Notes: generated from the sequence alone by a model not told the origin. Positions 49,981 through 62,579 are shown, counted from the whole stretch's first letter. The stretch is 63,774 bases of DNA, filler included, from Octopus bimaculoides (GCF_001194135.2; 6 parts of 6 records of this genome joined end to end with filler, not necessarily neighbours in it), one strand, 5' to 3'. Translations and numbers: made by a program.

Positions 49981-51322
49981 AGGTGTCAATTGTTAAATGG
50001 AAAAATGTTTATTTGCATGTAAGCCGATATCGAGAACAGAACTGCTACATATGTCTTAGCTAGACATGCAAAATAAAGCAAATGAGCTTATTTTCAAACT
50101 TAACAAATTTCTAATAGTCTGAGTAGCTCATTATCACTGACGGTTTAAAAAGTATTTTTCACAACCACGAAGCTCTGTGATTGATGCTACTTCGTGACAG
50201 CTTGGCTAAATATAATTTTATACTGACTTAGATTGATCCATCACTTTTAAGTCAAATTGGATGAAGGTAAACTGTGTATCATCCTATGTTTGAAAGAACC
50301 TGTGACGCCAATGGTACGGCCTTATCACAAATTGTACACTCACAGGTCAACCAATGAAATGCAGATTAGATACAGTAAATAAATAAATTCACAGTTTTAT
50401 CTACATTACCGAACGACAGAGATTCACCCCCACTCCCCACCACTATCACCACCAATACCAAATATTCAGAAACAGAAAGAAGTCCTTTAGAAACTACAAA
50501 TATAATTTTGTGTAACGAAAGTATCACCAAGATATAAGCTGTCACACCATAACAATACATGGACGCATGTTACAGAGCAGGCCTCAAGGTGGTCGAATTA
50601 ACCTACTCGAATTAACGACCAAATTTCCATCATGGCTCACTGTGCCATCTTTTAAAATGTAATGATGTACTTAACGAAACCGTCCTAAAATAAGAAATTT
50701 TCGTGTTTGGAATGAGGTGATTATCGGTCTACTCAATCAGGATTAACGCAACATAAGCCGATAGCAATAACTTTAAGTCTACATTTCCGTACAGTTTCCT
50801 ATGTCTTCTCAGAAAATTCCTGCATCGTCATACGTAGATGAAAATGTTGGCACCCCTTTCAATTAATTTCATAAACTAAAAAGAAGATCAAAACTTCTCT
50901 AAACGCTACATCAATCACCAAGAAATAGAAAGGCGAAATATAAGACTTTATATAGCACTTACCGAATCCAATATTAACATTTTTAACAGTAAATTAAAGA
51001 AGACGAGTACATTAGTGAAAATAGTCAATTAGAAAAAATACAATTGATATTTATGCTGAATGTATTTCAACATACTCAAAATAGAAATGCACACCTTGTA
51101 GTCATATGTTATGTTAATGAGCCAGACTTAATCCACTACCATCAATGTCACTGTGTTGTTCTTCAGCTACCAGCCACAGGGTATCTGTGGCATCATGGAT
51201 GTCTTCTGCCTTACGCCGAAAAACGCATTGAGAATGGATTTGTTGAACAGAAACTGAAGGCAACCTGTCGAAATCTCTGCTTGTATATGAGTATATGTTT
51301 GTGTATGTGTTTGTGTGTGTGT

Positions 51323-51367
<45 letters not shown>

Positions 51368-53100
51368 TGTCTATGCTACAGTCTATTTGCTATGATATCG
51401 TGTTATAGCTGTAAAAAAGTGATATCACCATATACGCTGTGCTCATTTTCAATCTTCTGCGAAAACATGCCTAGTCCCTGGGGAGATATTACATTGCTTG
51501 GATAGAAAATAGAAAATGAAGGCAATAAGTATATGACCATCTATAAACACACACAAACCCACATAAAAATTAACAATAACCTAAAGTTTAAAAAATGTAT
51601 AACTCATAAAATTTAGTTCCGATACTAATAGTGTTATTAGTTTTAAAGTTGTTATGGTCAGTTTGAATAATGTTAAATGCATGGAATAAGAGCTGATATT
51701 TCCTAATTATCTTTCGCTGCCTACATTTTGATTGCAATAAAATCCAACAAACAATTACAAACATACTAATTTGTGAAGAGAGCACAATGTAACCAAACTT
51801 CCAAAAGCACTGCAAATTTCTTTCAACTAAATATCTCTAGTTAGTTTAGTTGAGTCTTGACCTCATATATCTGTGTAGCATGCATAATGACAATGACCAC
51901 CGATGTTGGAGCTGAGCGATCACATGTTTTTCCAAACAAGTAAAAAACCTTAGAAAAGTACAACACATTGGTTATGTGTTATTAGAATCGTTGATATGAA
52001 AGCTGAAAAGTCATTACCTATTCATGCTTAAAAACTTTGATCTGGGTCGACTTATGATTTGACAATGGCATACAGAGGATCTAAGTTCTTTCAATTGAAA
52101 ATTCACCGCAGTACATACTGTAAAATATCGATTAAACTAGATAAACATTTGCTGTTGTCCATATTGGACAAAACTGGAATGTTTGTATTTCTTTCCCTCT
52201 GGAAGGACTCGGTCATTTTCTGAGGTTCCTCCTTAGCAAGAATTGCAACCGTCGTCTGTCTTCTCATACGCAAATGCATCGAAACCTCGTCATTTTTTTT
52301 AAAAAAATGTATGTTTGTGATATAAGTCATTGCTTTCTATTAATGATTAGCAGTAGGTCGAGTGAACATGCTTCTTATATTATATTCGTCGATGAGAAAA
52401 GCATAAACAGAGCCCTGATGTTAGCTGTTGAACATATATTTCAATTCGATGATGATGTATAACTACCGGACGTGTTTTCTCGTCAAAGAACAATATCTGT
52501 AATTCGTCATTTAACGTTGTTGAGTATGCTTTAATAACTTATAAACAATCATTGTTCCATCAGTCGGTTGCTTGTTAATTTCACTCTCTGATTATTAGAC
52601 ATAATGTATAAGAGAAGTGAAGAAGTCGAAAATCTGGAAACTGTGTGCATTTAAACTGTTTCAATAATTTACCGTTGAAATTTACGTTTGATTTGTCCAG
52701 ACTTCAATATTTTTTCTTCAATGTTATTATTTTCTAGTTTGAGATGTTTACAATAAGCATTCTTGAATTCAGTTAACGCATCGGGGAGGAAAAAAAAACT
52801 GTGTTAGGGGCTTTTTATCTGGCTCTCTATCAAGTGTCCAAATTTCACTGAGGTCAAGTTTGCCTTTCATCCTTTCCGGACCGATAAAATAAGTACCAAC
52901 TGAGGATCAACAGTAATGTAATTAAGCAAAACACCATAATTAATGACGCATCAAGCACATCGTAAGGTGAAAATGCTTCCAACACATCGCTATCTGGGAA
53001 CAACGCAGGCGCGGTCTACATTGCCTTTCATTTTGATGAAATACGATTGTATGTATATATCTCTCTATATATCACTTTAAACACACACACACACACACAT

Positions 53101-53292
53101 AGAGTAATCCCTCGACTATCGCGGGTGTTACGTTCCAAAATCCCCCGTGATGTAGAAACAGTACTGTACTGTATATTTTTGTAATTTGCATATATCTAAT
53201 TTATTATAAAAGCAAAACAACACCACAGAGAAATCGACGCAAGCTTAAATAATAAACCACGATAGGTGAACCGCAATATGGTGAGGGACTTT
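53101..53292. mobile_element. pogo/Tigger-type MITE
   Basis: Left end AGTAATCCCTCGACTATCGCGG and right end CCGCAATATGGTGAGGGACTT form imperfect TIRs of the CAGTAATCCCTCG type, with subterminal TCCCCCGTGAT/CCACGATAGG. Confidence 0.65.
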
Positions 53293-53293
53293 A

Positions 53294-53324
<31 letters not shown>

Positions 53325-53987
53325 AGTGTGTGTGTACAGAGAGTCCGGGCGTGAGACAGGAGAGAGAGGGATAGTTGAACACAAACACATACACACACGC
53401 ACATACACACACAAGGAATTTCCCAAGGAAGTACGAATGTAGAAGAATGCGGTATCACGCTTTCAGGCGCAATAAACAACAGAATATGCGTAGAGATATC
53501 GGATAATCATTAGGAAGGCTTATATTTCAGCGATCCACAAGGCGTGGGCTATCGTCATCACTTGCCAAGTATAACACACGAGATACGCACCAAATATTTT
53601 GAAAGCTTCAACCATGATCAACAGATGAAGGAAGGATAACGGAAGCATAATTAGCGAAATTAGGTGCCTGATTGATAAACGTGGGCGTCGGATTTAATTA
53701 TAGTTATTTCACTTGCATTATAGCGCGTTTTCACACACACTTTATGTAAATGTTGTTCTTAATGTTATAAGTTCTACTTGAGGGCTGAATTGTACACACG
53801 GCGACCAAAGTGATTAGTAGCTTTTCTTCCGAAAGTTTAAGATTTTTAGTTCAAATCCAGCTGATGTCATTGCCTTTTGTTTTTTTTATTACATTTTGTG
53901 GCGATAACATTAGCACCAGTCGGGCACTGGGGTAGATATAATCTCCTAATGACAAGTATTATTATTATTGTTGTTGTTGTTGTTGTT

Positions 53988-54690
53988 AAGGCGGTTTAAG
54001 TCAGCGAGCTGGCAGAAACGTTACCACGCCGGATTAAATGTTTAGCGGTATTTCGCCCGTCGCTACGTTGTAAGTTCAAATTCTACCGAGGTTGACTTTG
54101 CCTTTCATTTTCTCGGGGTCGATAAATTAAGTACAAGCGAAACACTGGAAGAGATATAGTCCACACATTCCTTCTCCCAAAGTTTCTACCCTTGTGGCAA
54201 AATTTGAAACTATTAAAATTGACGAGCCGGCAGAATCGTTAGCACGGTGGGAGAAATGCTTAGCGGCATTTCGTCTGTCTTTTAGTTCTGTGTTCAAATT
54301 CCGCCGAGGTCGACTTTGCCTTTTATCTTTTCAGGGTCGATAAATTAAGTATGAGTGAAACGATGCGGTCGATCTAACAGGCTGGCCTCCTCCCCAAAGT
54401 TTTCGAGCCTTGTGCTTAGAGTAGAAAAGAATCGTTAGCACGCTGGATGAAAAGCTAAGCGGTATTTCGCTTGTCGCTACGTTCTGAGTTCAAATTCCGC
54501 CGAGGTCGACTTTGCATTTCTTCCTTTCGAGGGCGATAGAATAAGTACCAGTTACACACTGGAGTCGACTGTAATCGACTCGTCCTCACTTTCCGCAAGC
54601 CGCCCTAGTAACCAAATTTTGAAATAATTGTTATTAAGTGGCGAGCTTGCAGAATCGATAGCACGCTGGGCGAAATGCTTAGCGGTTTTG
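53988..54690 (+). mobile_element. Four head-to-tail family A SINE copies
   Basis: Copies start at about 53988, 54221, 54429 (5'-truncated, fused to the previous tail) and 54636 (head only), after a (TTA/TTG)n tract. Confidence 0.85.
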
Positions 54691-54945
54691 TTACATGTGA
54701 TTAATTATGTGGTGTATTCTTTGCTTGAAGGTTAGTGTTGTTGAAATTGTTGTTGCTGAATTCTTTTCTTTGTGTTGTTAGTGGTACCGTTCTGCGTGTG
54801 GCAGACGGAGTGAACTTTTATTTCCCTCTCTGAGGGGGAGAATTATCCATTTTCTGGTGGCGTTTTTCCACAAATTTATTTTGTTGAAAATGAATACTTC
54901 CTCTGCAGAGGAAAAAAAAACTGTGAAGAAAATTGTGAAATATTA

Positions 54946-55185
54946 AGTAATTTCAACCAATCAATGAAGTCTATTGAAGTGAAAAAAAATTACTGCTGTG
55001 GTTTGTCAACAAGACGTTCTGGCGGTGTAAATTTACTTTGTTACTGTTAATTCTGTTATCTCAAATGTAAATATATCAGAAATAACAGTGACAAAATAAA
55101 TGTATACCGCCAGAACGTCTTGTTGACAAATCACAGCAGTAATTGTTTTCACCTCAATAGACGTCATTGATTGGTTGAAATTACT
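54946..55185. repeat. Inverted repeat, arms about 110 bp, 21-bp spacer
   Basis: 54946-55055 vs 55077-55185, about 10 differences by manual alignment. The right arm continues (55186-55320) into sequence related to the duplicated unit at 7765-8124. Confidence 0.9.
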
Positions 55186-55764
55186 GAAATACAACTTTAA
55201 CACAAATAACTTCGAAAATAAAGAATTTTCTTAAAAACAACAAGAGTAAATGATGTTTTAAATGCCACATTCTACCAGTATACGAAATTTGAAAGTGTTT
55301 AATTACAAACAAATATTTTTCTATGTGCCTGCCAAAAGGAAATGATCCCAGAATAGATGCATGCTAGTTCGAGCGTTTCTTTAATTTTCGAATGTACCGT
55401 AATTATTGCATCATATGAATGTGTATAATTTCCTGTTAGTTGATACATTTATAAGAATATGTTGAGAAAATATCTTCAGCGTTCTCTTCAGATATGATAT
55501 GTCTGTTTTATATATTCTTAAAGATAATAATGCTGTGTCTTGGGAGGCTCATTGCGTAATTAGTAACACACACATGTTTCATGATTACTATAGGCATAAC
55601 TACCCTCTCAAGTCACAAGATTTGTTTAAACACGTGATTTCTCACCAAGAATCTCACAAGTCAAATAAAAAAAAAATTCGAAGTAATGAAGATCAGTTTT
55701 CCTATTACATTTGCTTTGCAATAGATTTTTTCATATTTATCGGTTCTTTTTTTTTATTCTTTTA

Positions 55765-56128
55765 TCTGTTTCTGTCATTTCACTGCAGTCATGCTGGAGC
55801 ACCGTCATTTAGTGAAGCAAATTGCCCCCCTTTGTAAGACTAGCATTCTATCAATCACTTTTACTGAACCACTAAGTTACGAGAACATAAACACACCAAC
55901 ATCGGCAGTAAGCATATTGGTGGGGCAAATGCATGCACACACACATATACACACTGATACATATACACGACGGGCTTCTTTCAGTTTCCGTCCAACAAAT
56001 CCACTCACAAGGCTTTGGTCGGCCCGAGCCTATGTTAAAAGACACTTTCTTAAGTTGTAACGCAGGGGGACTGAATCCAGAACGATGTGGTTGGTGAGCA
56101 AGATACTTACCACACAGCCACGCCTATA
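55765..56128 (-). mobile_element. Family B SINE, full length, diverged
   Basis: Tail, central AC-rich tract and head (CTTACCACACAGCCACGCCTATA) all present. Confidence 0.85.
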
Positions 56129-56135
56129 TGTCTAA

Positions 56136-56540
56136 TATTCTTTTCTACTCTAAACACAAGGCCCGAAAATTTGGGGGAGGGTCCAGTCGATTAGATCGAC
56201 CCCAGTGCGCAACTGATTCTTAATTTATCGACCCTGAAATGATGAAAGGCAAAGTCGACCTCGGCAGAATTTGAACTCAGAACGTTAAGACAGATGAAAT
56301 ACTGCTAAGCATTTCGCCCAGCGTGCTAACGATTGTGCCAGGTCGCCGCCTTCTTATGTGTTTAATATGAAGCATTCTATTCTTATTTCTTTATTGCCCA
56401 CAAGAGGCTAAACATAGAGGGGACAAACAAAGGGCTTAAGTCGATTATATCGACTCAAGTACGTAACTGGTACTTAATTTATCCACCCCGAAAGGATGAA
56501 AGGCAAAGTCGACCTCGGCGGAATTTGAACTCAGAACGTA
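56136..56540 (-). mobile_element. Two family A SINE copies (one of each tail type)
   Basis: 56136-56352 is full length with the standard tail; 56381-56540 has the alternative tail and is 5'-truncated. Confidence 0.85.
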
Positions 56541-56636
56541 CGCGTGGACATTTGGTTTTATGATGTGAACACTCACACTCACTAATGCAAGCACACATAG
56601 ACACACATAAATATTTATGTATATATGTGTCTTTAT

Positions 56637-56907
56637 GTGGAGGCACATGCATAGTGGTTAGAGCAACGGACTCACAGTCGAAGGATCGCGGGTTCGAATT
56701 TCATACCGAGCGATGTGTGTGTTTATGAGCGAAACCCCGAAGTTCCACGCGGTTCCCTTAGTAGGTAATGGCGAACTTGTGCTGACTCTTTCGTCACAAC
56801 TTTCTCTCACTCTTTCCTCCTGCATCTAGCAGCTCACCTGCGATACGCCAATGAAACTAGGAAACCACCCTTATGAGCCGGGCATGGCACGAGAAGGAAC
56901 AAACACG
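56637..56907 (+). mobile_element. SINE with a family C-like head and a different tail
   Basis: GGAGGCACATGCATAGTGGTTAGAGCAACGGACTCACAGTCG..GGTTCGAATTTC..TTTATGAGCGAAAC, then CACAACTTTCTCTCACTCT as in family C, then a distinct 3' end. Confidence 0.65.
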
Positions 56908-57801
56908 TGTGTGTTTATATAGCGGCATGATACAACATTCATTGTTTCAAAAAAAAAAAAGAAATTTCGATTCTTTACCAATCGATGCCAACACTCGAAA
57001 AATTCTTAGTGATTTACACTTGGTAGAATATCTTCCAAAGAAAGAATGTGAAACGTATATCGGATAAATAGAACCATCTAGAGTCATTCATATGCTTGGC
57101 ATCTAAATCAGATTTCTAAAAGGAGATGATGAAACAACAATGAATTATAAGAAAGACAGCTGTAGAGATCTGATCCTTCATTGAGCATTAACACCACATA
57201 AGATTGTTAAAGCCGCGTATATAAAACGAATATTCCTAAAGGTAAGTAATTTTAAATAAATCTATATAAGAAGTTACATACTCGTAATTTTATAATAGAA
57301 TTCAATTTATGTTTATATAATCCAAATTGTTATGTTGACAGGAGCTGCATTATACAAGCAAAATTCAGGGAATAATGACAAATGACATTCAACTATTTTA
57401 GTTTAGAAGTGTAAAATAAAGTCAAATAGATTACGAGACGTTGATGTCATTGAGATAGTTACTCACACGAGAATGATTTAAGCAAAATAATCAAACAGTG
57501 ACTGCAGTGTTAGATGTTTTCTTCGTAGTACAGTAATAAAGCTACGAGAATTTGAACAGATGAGCATGTGTTTCAAAACTACCGATGGTTATTTGGAGAC
57601 TTTACTAACATGAACAAAATAACAATTAAAACCAATATATAATAAAATGGCTTAAAATAAATGTCAGAAAATTTGCTATTAAACATAATTGTCAGATTCA
57701 AGATATATACTAAACTGTGCTTATAATAAAGTAAATACATCCGCAGACGTAAAATTGCAGGTGACTGAACATATTTATCACATAAGTCGTAATAATAGTA
57801 A

Positions 57802-57913
57802 AGGCGCGTGACTTAGTGATTGCAGTGTCTGGCTCGCAATCATGAGTTTGTGAGTTCGGCCCCGGACTGGGCTGTGTGTTGTGCAATGTTCTTGAGCAAG
57901 ACACTTTATTTCC

Positions 57914-57914
<1 letters not shown>
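57802..57914 (+). mobile_element. Family E SINE head
   Basis: AGGCGCGTGACTTAGTG..GAGTTCGGCCCC..GTTCTTGAGCAAGACACTTTATTTC. Confidence 0.7.
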
Positions 57915-57956
<42 letters not shown>

Positions 57957-58139
57957 NNNNNNNNNNNNNNNNNNNNNNNNNNNNNNNNNNNNNNNNNNNN
58001 TTAATTAATTAANNNNNNNNNNNNNNNNNNNNNNNNNNNNNNNNNNNNNNNNNNNNTGGACAGACTATAGTTAAGCTCCAGGTTCGGTGATTATGCGAAT
58101 GAGGAGACCAACGTAGGTCATATATCAGCATGTGTATAT

Positions 58140-58643
58140 ATATAAAAAAAAAATTAACAGAATGAGATAAGAATCCAAATATGTGAAAGATTTAAGAACA
58201 TTTATAAATAGAAGGTCTTACAGCTGTTTCCGGGATATTTTATATATCCCTTCATCAGAAACGGTGTGAGAAAATGGTTAAGAAATAATTATCTTAGATG
58301 AGGTATGAAATAGATAGTGAAGTGGAAGAATGAAAACAGACGTGAGATATTCAGGGATATTGTATCTTCAGTTCCATTACTTAGGTAGAATGGTATACAC
58401 TTAAGATTCTTGTATCTTGTGAGTAAGTTCCAATAGTATTTAAAATATCATTTGAAATAGTATTTATAATATTTAAAATAGTATTTATAATACTTAAATA
58501 CTATTGGAACTTACTCACAAGATACAAGAATCTTAAGTGTATACCATTCTGCCTAAATAATAGAGTTGAAGATACAATATCCCTGCATATCTCACATCTG
58601 TTTTCATTCCTCACTTCACTATCTATTTCATATTTTATCTAGA
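58140..58643 (-). mobile_element. Penelope-like terminal fragment with a hammerhead motif and an inverted duplicate (family G)
   Basis: Inverted arms 58292-58443 and 58494-58643 (right arm cut by a gap); HHR and T-rich tail lie beyond the left arm on the minus strand. Confidence 0.65.
58215..58262 (-). ncRNA. Minimal type I hammerhead ribozyme motif
   Basis: GTTT-CTGATGA-A-GGGATAT-ataaa-ATATCCC-G-GAAA-CAGCTG-TA-AGAC. Intact core, 7-bp stem II, palindromic ACAGCTGT stem III, GUA triplet, 4-bp stem I; one extra nucleotide on each side of stem II. Confidence 0.7.
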
Positions 58644-59787
58644 NNNNNNNNNNNNNNNNNNNNNNNNNNNNNNNNNNNNNNNNNNNNNNNNNNNNNNNNN
58701 NNNNNNNNNNNNNNNNNNNNNNNNNNNNNNNNNNNNNNNNNNNNNNNNNNNNNNNNNNNNNNNNNNNNNNNNNNNNNNNNNNNNNNNNNNNNNNNNNNNN
58801 NNNNNNNNNNNNNNNNNNNNNNNNNNNNNNNNNNNNNNNNNNNNNNNNNNNNNNNNNNNNNNNNNNNNNNNNNNNNNNNNNNNNNNNNNNNNNNNNNNNN
58901 NNNNNNNNNNNNNNNNNNNNNNNNNNNNNNNNNNNNNNNNNNNNNNNNNNNNNNNNNNNNNNNNNNNNNNNNNNNNNNNNNNNNNNNNNNNNNNNNNNNN
59001 NNNNNNNNNNNNNNNNNNNNNNNNNNNNNNNNNNNNNNNNNNNNNNNNNNNNNNNNNNNNNNNNNNNNNNNNNNNNNNNNNNNNNNNNNNNNNNNNNNNN
59101 NNNNNNNNNNNNNNNNNNNNNNNNNNNNNNNNNNNNNNNNNNNNNNNNNNNNNNNNNNNNNNNNNNNNNNNNNNNNNNNNNNNNNNNNNNNNNNNNNNNN
59201 NNNNNNNNNNNNNNNNNNNNNNNNNNNNNNNNNNNNNNNNNNNNNNNNNNTGAGTGTGTATATGTATGTGTGTATATGCATGTGAAACGCTTGTTGGCAT
59301 TTTTGTCAGAGTTATTTTTTAGCGTGTCCGATGAGATATCTGTTAGGGCTCTTTGTGCTTTGACGGCAACACATGCAACTGCAAAAGTGCCAGGCAGGAC
59401 GTGCATTGCCATTTCCTTGGACAACAATCGCTGGTGGGGTGAGGCAGGCTTTCATGCAGCTGCTAGTATTCCGAAATAAATCTTAGCTATACATACGGCA
59501 TAGAAGTTAATTTTAGGTGCAGATACAACGTCTAACAAGTTCTGTCTGTCTTTCTGTCTCCCCATCTCTCTGTATCTCTCTCAATACATACATACATACA
59601 TACCTACATACATACATACATACATATATATACGTATATATATATATACATATGTAGATTATATAATGTTATATAATATATAAATATGTATATATATAAA
59701 CACATTCATATAGTCATACATATGTTTATATATATACGTGCACAGACCCAGACGAGCAAACACACATGCATACACTGACAAACACAT

Positions 59788-59821
<34 letters not shown>

Positions 59822-59985
59822 ACATATATATATATATATATGTATACATAAATCTACATATATTTATGCACATGTATATATGCAATACATACAGTTATTT
59901 TTCATTATTGCTATTAGTTTTCCTATGCGTGTGTACATATGAATATTCGTATAAATAACTTATCTATTTATCTATATTTAAACAA

Positions 59986-60029
<44 letters not shown>

Positions 60030-60626
60030 CACACACACACACACACACATATATATATAATTATATATGCACGCACACGCACGCACACATACACAAACAC
60101 ATATATATAATCATATGTATTTATATAACCAGATATATTAATATAATCATATATTTATTTATTTATATAATCATACACAAATATTTATACAAAGTATCAT
60201 ATATATACGCGCATTTATGCANNNNNNNNNNNNNNNNNNNNNNNNNNNNNNNNNNNNNNNNNNNNTTAATTAATTAANNNNNNNNNNNNNNNNNNNNNNN
60301 NNNNNNNNNNNNNNNNNNNNNACACACACACACATATAAGAACAGCATAAGTATGAAAACACATACATGCACACCCGTGAATATAGATAGACATATGCAT
60401 ATACCCATAAATACACACGTAAAGCCACGAATGTGAGCATTATGGATGTTAGCACACACATGTAAAGTAGTTACACTAGTAATATAGAGTTTATGCGGAA
60501 ACAGCACGCAGACACATACATACATGCGCGTGCACAGACACACGCAAACACACACATATACATATAAATATATGTATGAAAATATGGAAGTCTATATATG
60601 TGTGTGTGTGTATGATATATATATAT

Positions 60627-60669
<43 letters not shown>

Positions 60670-61282
60670 TATATGCATATACATGCATGTATATATATAT
60701 ATATANNNNNNNNNNNNNNNNNNNNNNNNNNNNNNNNNNNNNNNNNNNNNNNNNNNNNNNNNNNNNNNNNNNNNNNNNNNNNNNNNNNNNNNNNNNNNNN
60801 NNNNNNNNNNNNNNNNNNNNNNNNNNNNNNNNNNNNNNNNNNNNNNNNNNNNNNNNNNNNNNNNNNNNNNNNNNNNNNNNNNNNNNNNNNNNNNNNNNNN
60901 NNNNNNNNNNNNNNNNNNNNNNNNNNNNNNNNNNNNNNNNNNNNNNNNNNNNNNNNNNNNNNNNNNNNNNNNNNNNNNNNNNNNNNNNNNNNNNNNNNNN
61001 NNNNNNNNNNNNNNNNNNNNNNNNNNNNNNNNNNNNNNNNNNNNNNNNNNNNNNNNNNNNNNNNNNNNNNNNNNNNNNNNNNNNNNNNNNNNNNNNNNNN
61101 NNNNNNNNNNNNNNNNNNNNNNNNNNNNNNNNNNNNNNNNNNNNNNNNNNNNNNNNNNNNNNNNNNNNNNNNNNNNNNNNNNNNNNNNNNNNNNNNNNNN
61201 NNNNNNNNNNNNNNNNNNNNNNNNNNNNNNNNNNNNNNNNNNNNNNNNNNNNNNNNNNNNNNNNNNNNNNNNNNNNNNNNNN

Positions 61283-61532
61283 GATGTTACTGTTGCTTTT
61301 AGCCCCAGGAGGACATCTCCTCCAGCTGGCTTATCGACACACGACTGTGTCCTGTTTGCCAAGGGAGTTATCCCTCTCACCACGACCAGCAGCACGAACG
61401 TATCCGGATTTCAGGGTTATTTCCCTTCGTCGGCGTTCGACAGCTGATGACCTTGGCAAACAGGACACAGTCGTGTGTCGATAAGCCAGCTGGAGGAGAT
61501 GTCCTCCTGGGGCTAAAAGCAACAGTAACATC
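61283..61532. repeat. Perfect 82-bp inverted repeat with an 86-bp GC-rich spacer
   Basis: 61283-61364 is the exact reverse complement of 61451-61532; the left arm abuts a gap. Confidence 0.9.
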
Positions 61533-61703
61533 CACCCCTAGGGGTCAGCCACACTTAAGTGGCAATATACTACACTTTATCGTGCAGTTACTGTTAATAC
61601 TTCATTTAGAGAATTAACATTGCTTATATATATATGTATATATTTATATATGCATTTACTTAGACACATGCATGTGTGTGTATAGATATATGATTTAATT
61701 CTG

Positions 61704-61757
<54 letters not shown>

Positions 61758-61768
61758 CATCTATCTAC

Positions 61769-61872
<104 letters not shown>

Positions 61873-62287
61873 AAGTTATTTTTCTTATATTATAAATCAA
61901 TCATATAAACGAAATTACTTGGCAAATTTTACAACTTTTCTACTATATAGGAACAATCTATCAACTACTCCATTGAAACTTCACTATTCACTGCGCAACT
62001 TTTCAATTATAGAACATTTCAGCGAATTTGAACGCAATTTCTCACCCCAAGACTCTGACACACATACATGCAGACACACCTATTTGTATATACAGTGGTT
62101 ATATACAAATTGTACGATTATATATATATGTATGTGTGTGTGTATGTGCGTGCGTGTTTGTGTGTGTATATACATATATATACATACNNNNNNNNNNNNN
62201 NNNNNNNNNNNNNNNNNNNNNNNNNNNNNNNTTAATTAATTAANNNNNNNNNNNNNNNNNNNNNNNNNNNNNNNNNNNNNNNNNNNN

Positions 62288-62352
62288 AATCGAAACCGTG
62301 ATCCTCCGACCGCGAGTCCGCTGCCCTAACCACTAGGTCATTGCGCCTCCAA
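62288..62352 (-). mobile_element. Family C SINE head
   Basis: AATCGAAACCGTGATCCTCCGACCGCGAGTCCGCTGCCCTAACCACTAGGTCATTGCGCCTCC. Confidence 0.85.
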
Positions 62353-62579
62353 ATGTATGTATATAATAGCCTTAATATTGTTTATAAGGCTGTGTGTATG
62401 TGTATTTGCATGGATGCATGTACACATACATAAACACAGAAAAACGTATATACACACAGCGTCACACTACACACATATATGTATGTATATTTGTATGTAT
62501 GTATGTATGTATGTATGTGTGTATGTATGTATGTATGTATGTATGTTTGTGTGTGTGTATGTATGTATGTATGAATATC

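Noticed and set aside
53988-54690. Regularly spaced similar units suggesting a CRISPR-like array
   Set aside because: Units are about 200-bp diverged SINEs with no short invariant repeat or unique spacers; eukaryotic context with no cas genes.
59270-59479. ORF with NNRWW, echoing the Tx1 fragment at 28.7 kb
   Set aside because: Similarity is limited to five residues and flanking motifs do not match; origin unresolved.
61444-61470. CTGATGA at the hairpin edge as a hammerhead; also reads ADDL like an RT motif
   Set aside because: No GAAA follows a paired stem II (it reads CAAA), and the frame has no other RT motifs.
5415-61484. Long ORFs of 150-390 aa in the track (for example 5415-6395, 19185-20368, 41467-42480, 45194-46119, 58566-59427, 60576-61484)
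   Set aside because: They are open only because N runs and (AT)n/(GT)n repeats contain no stop codons.
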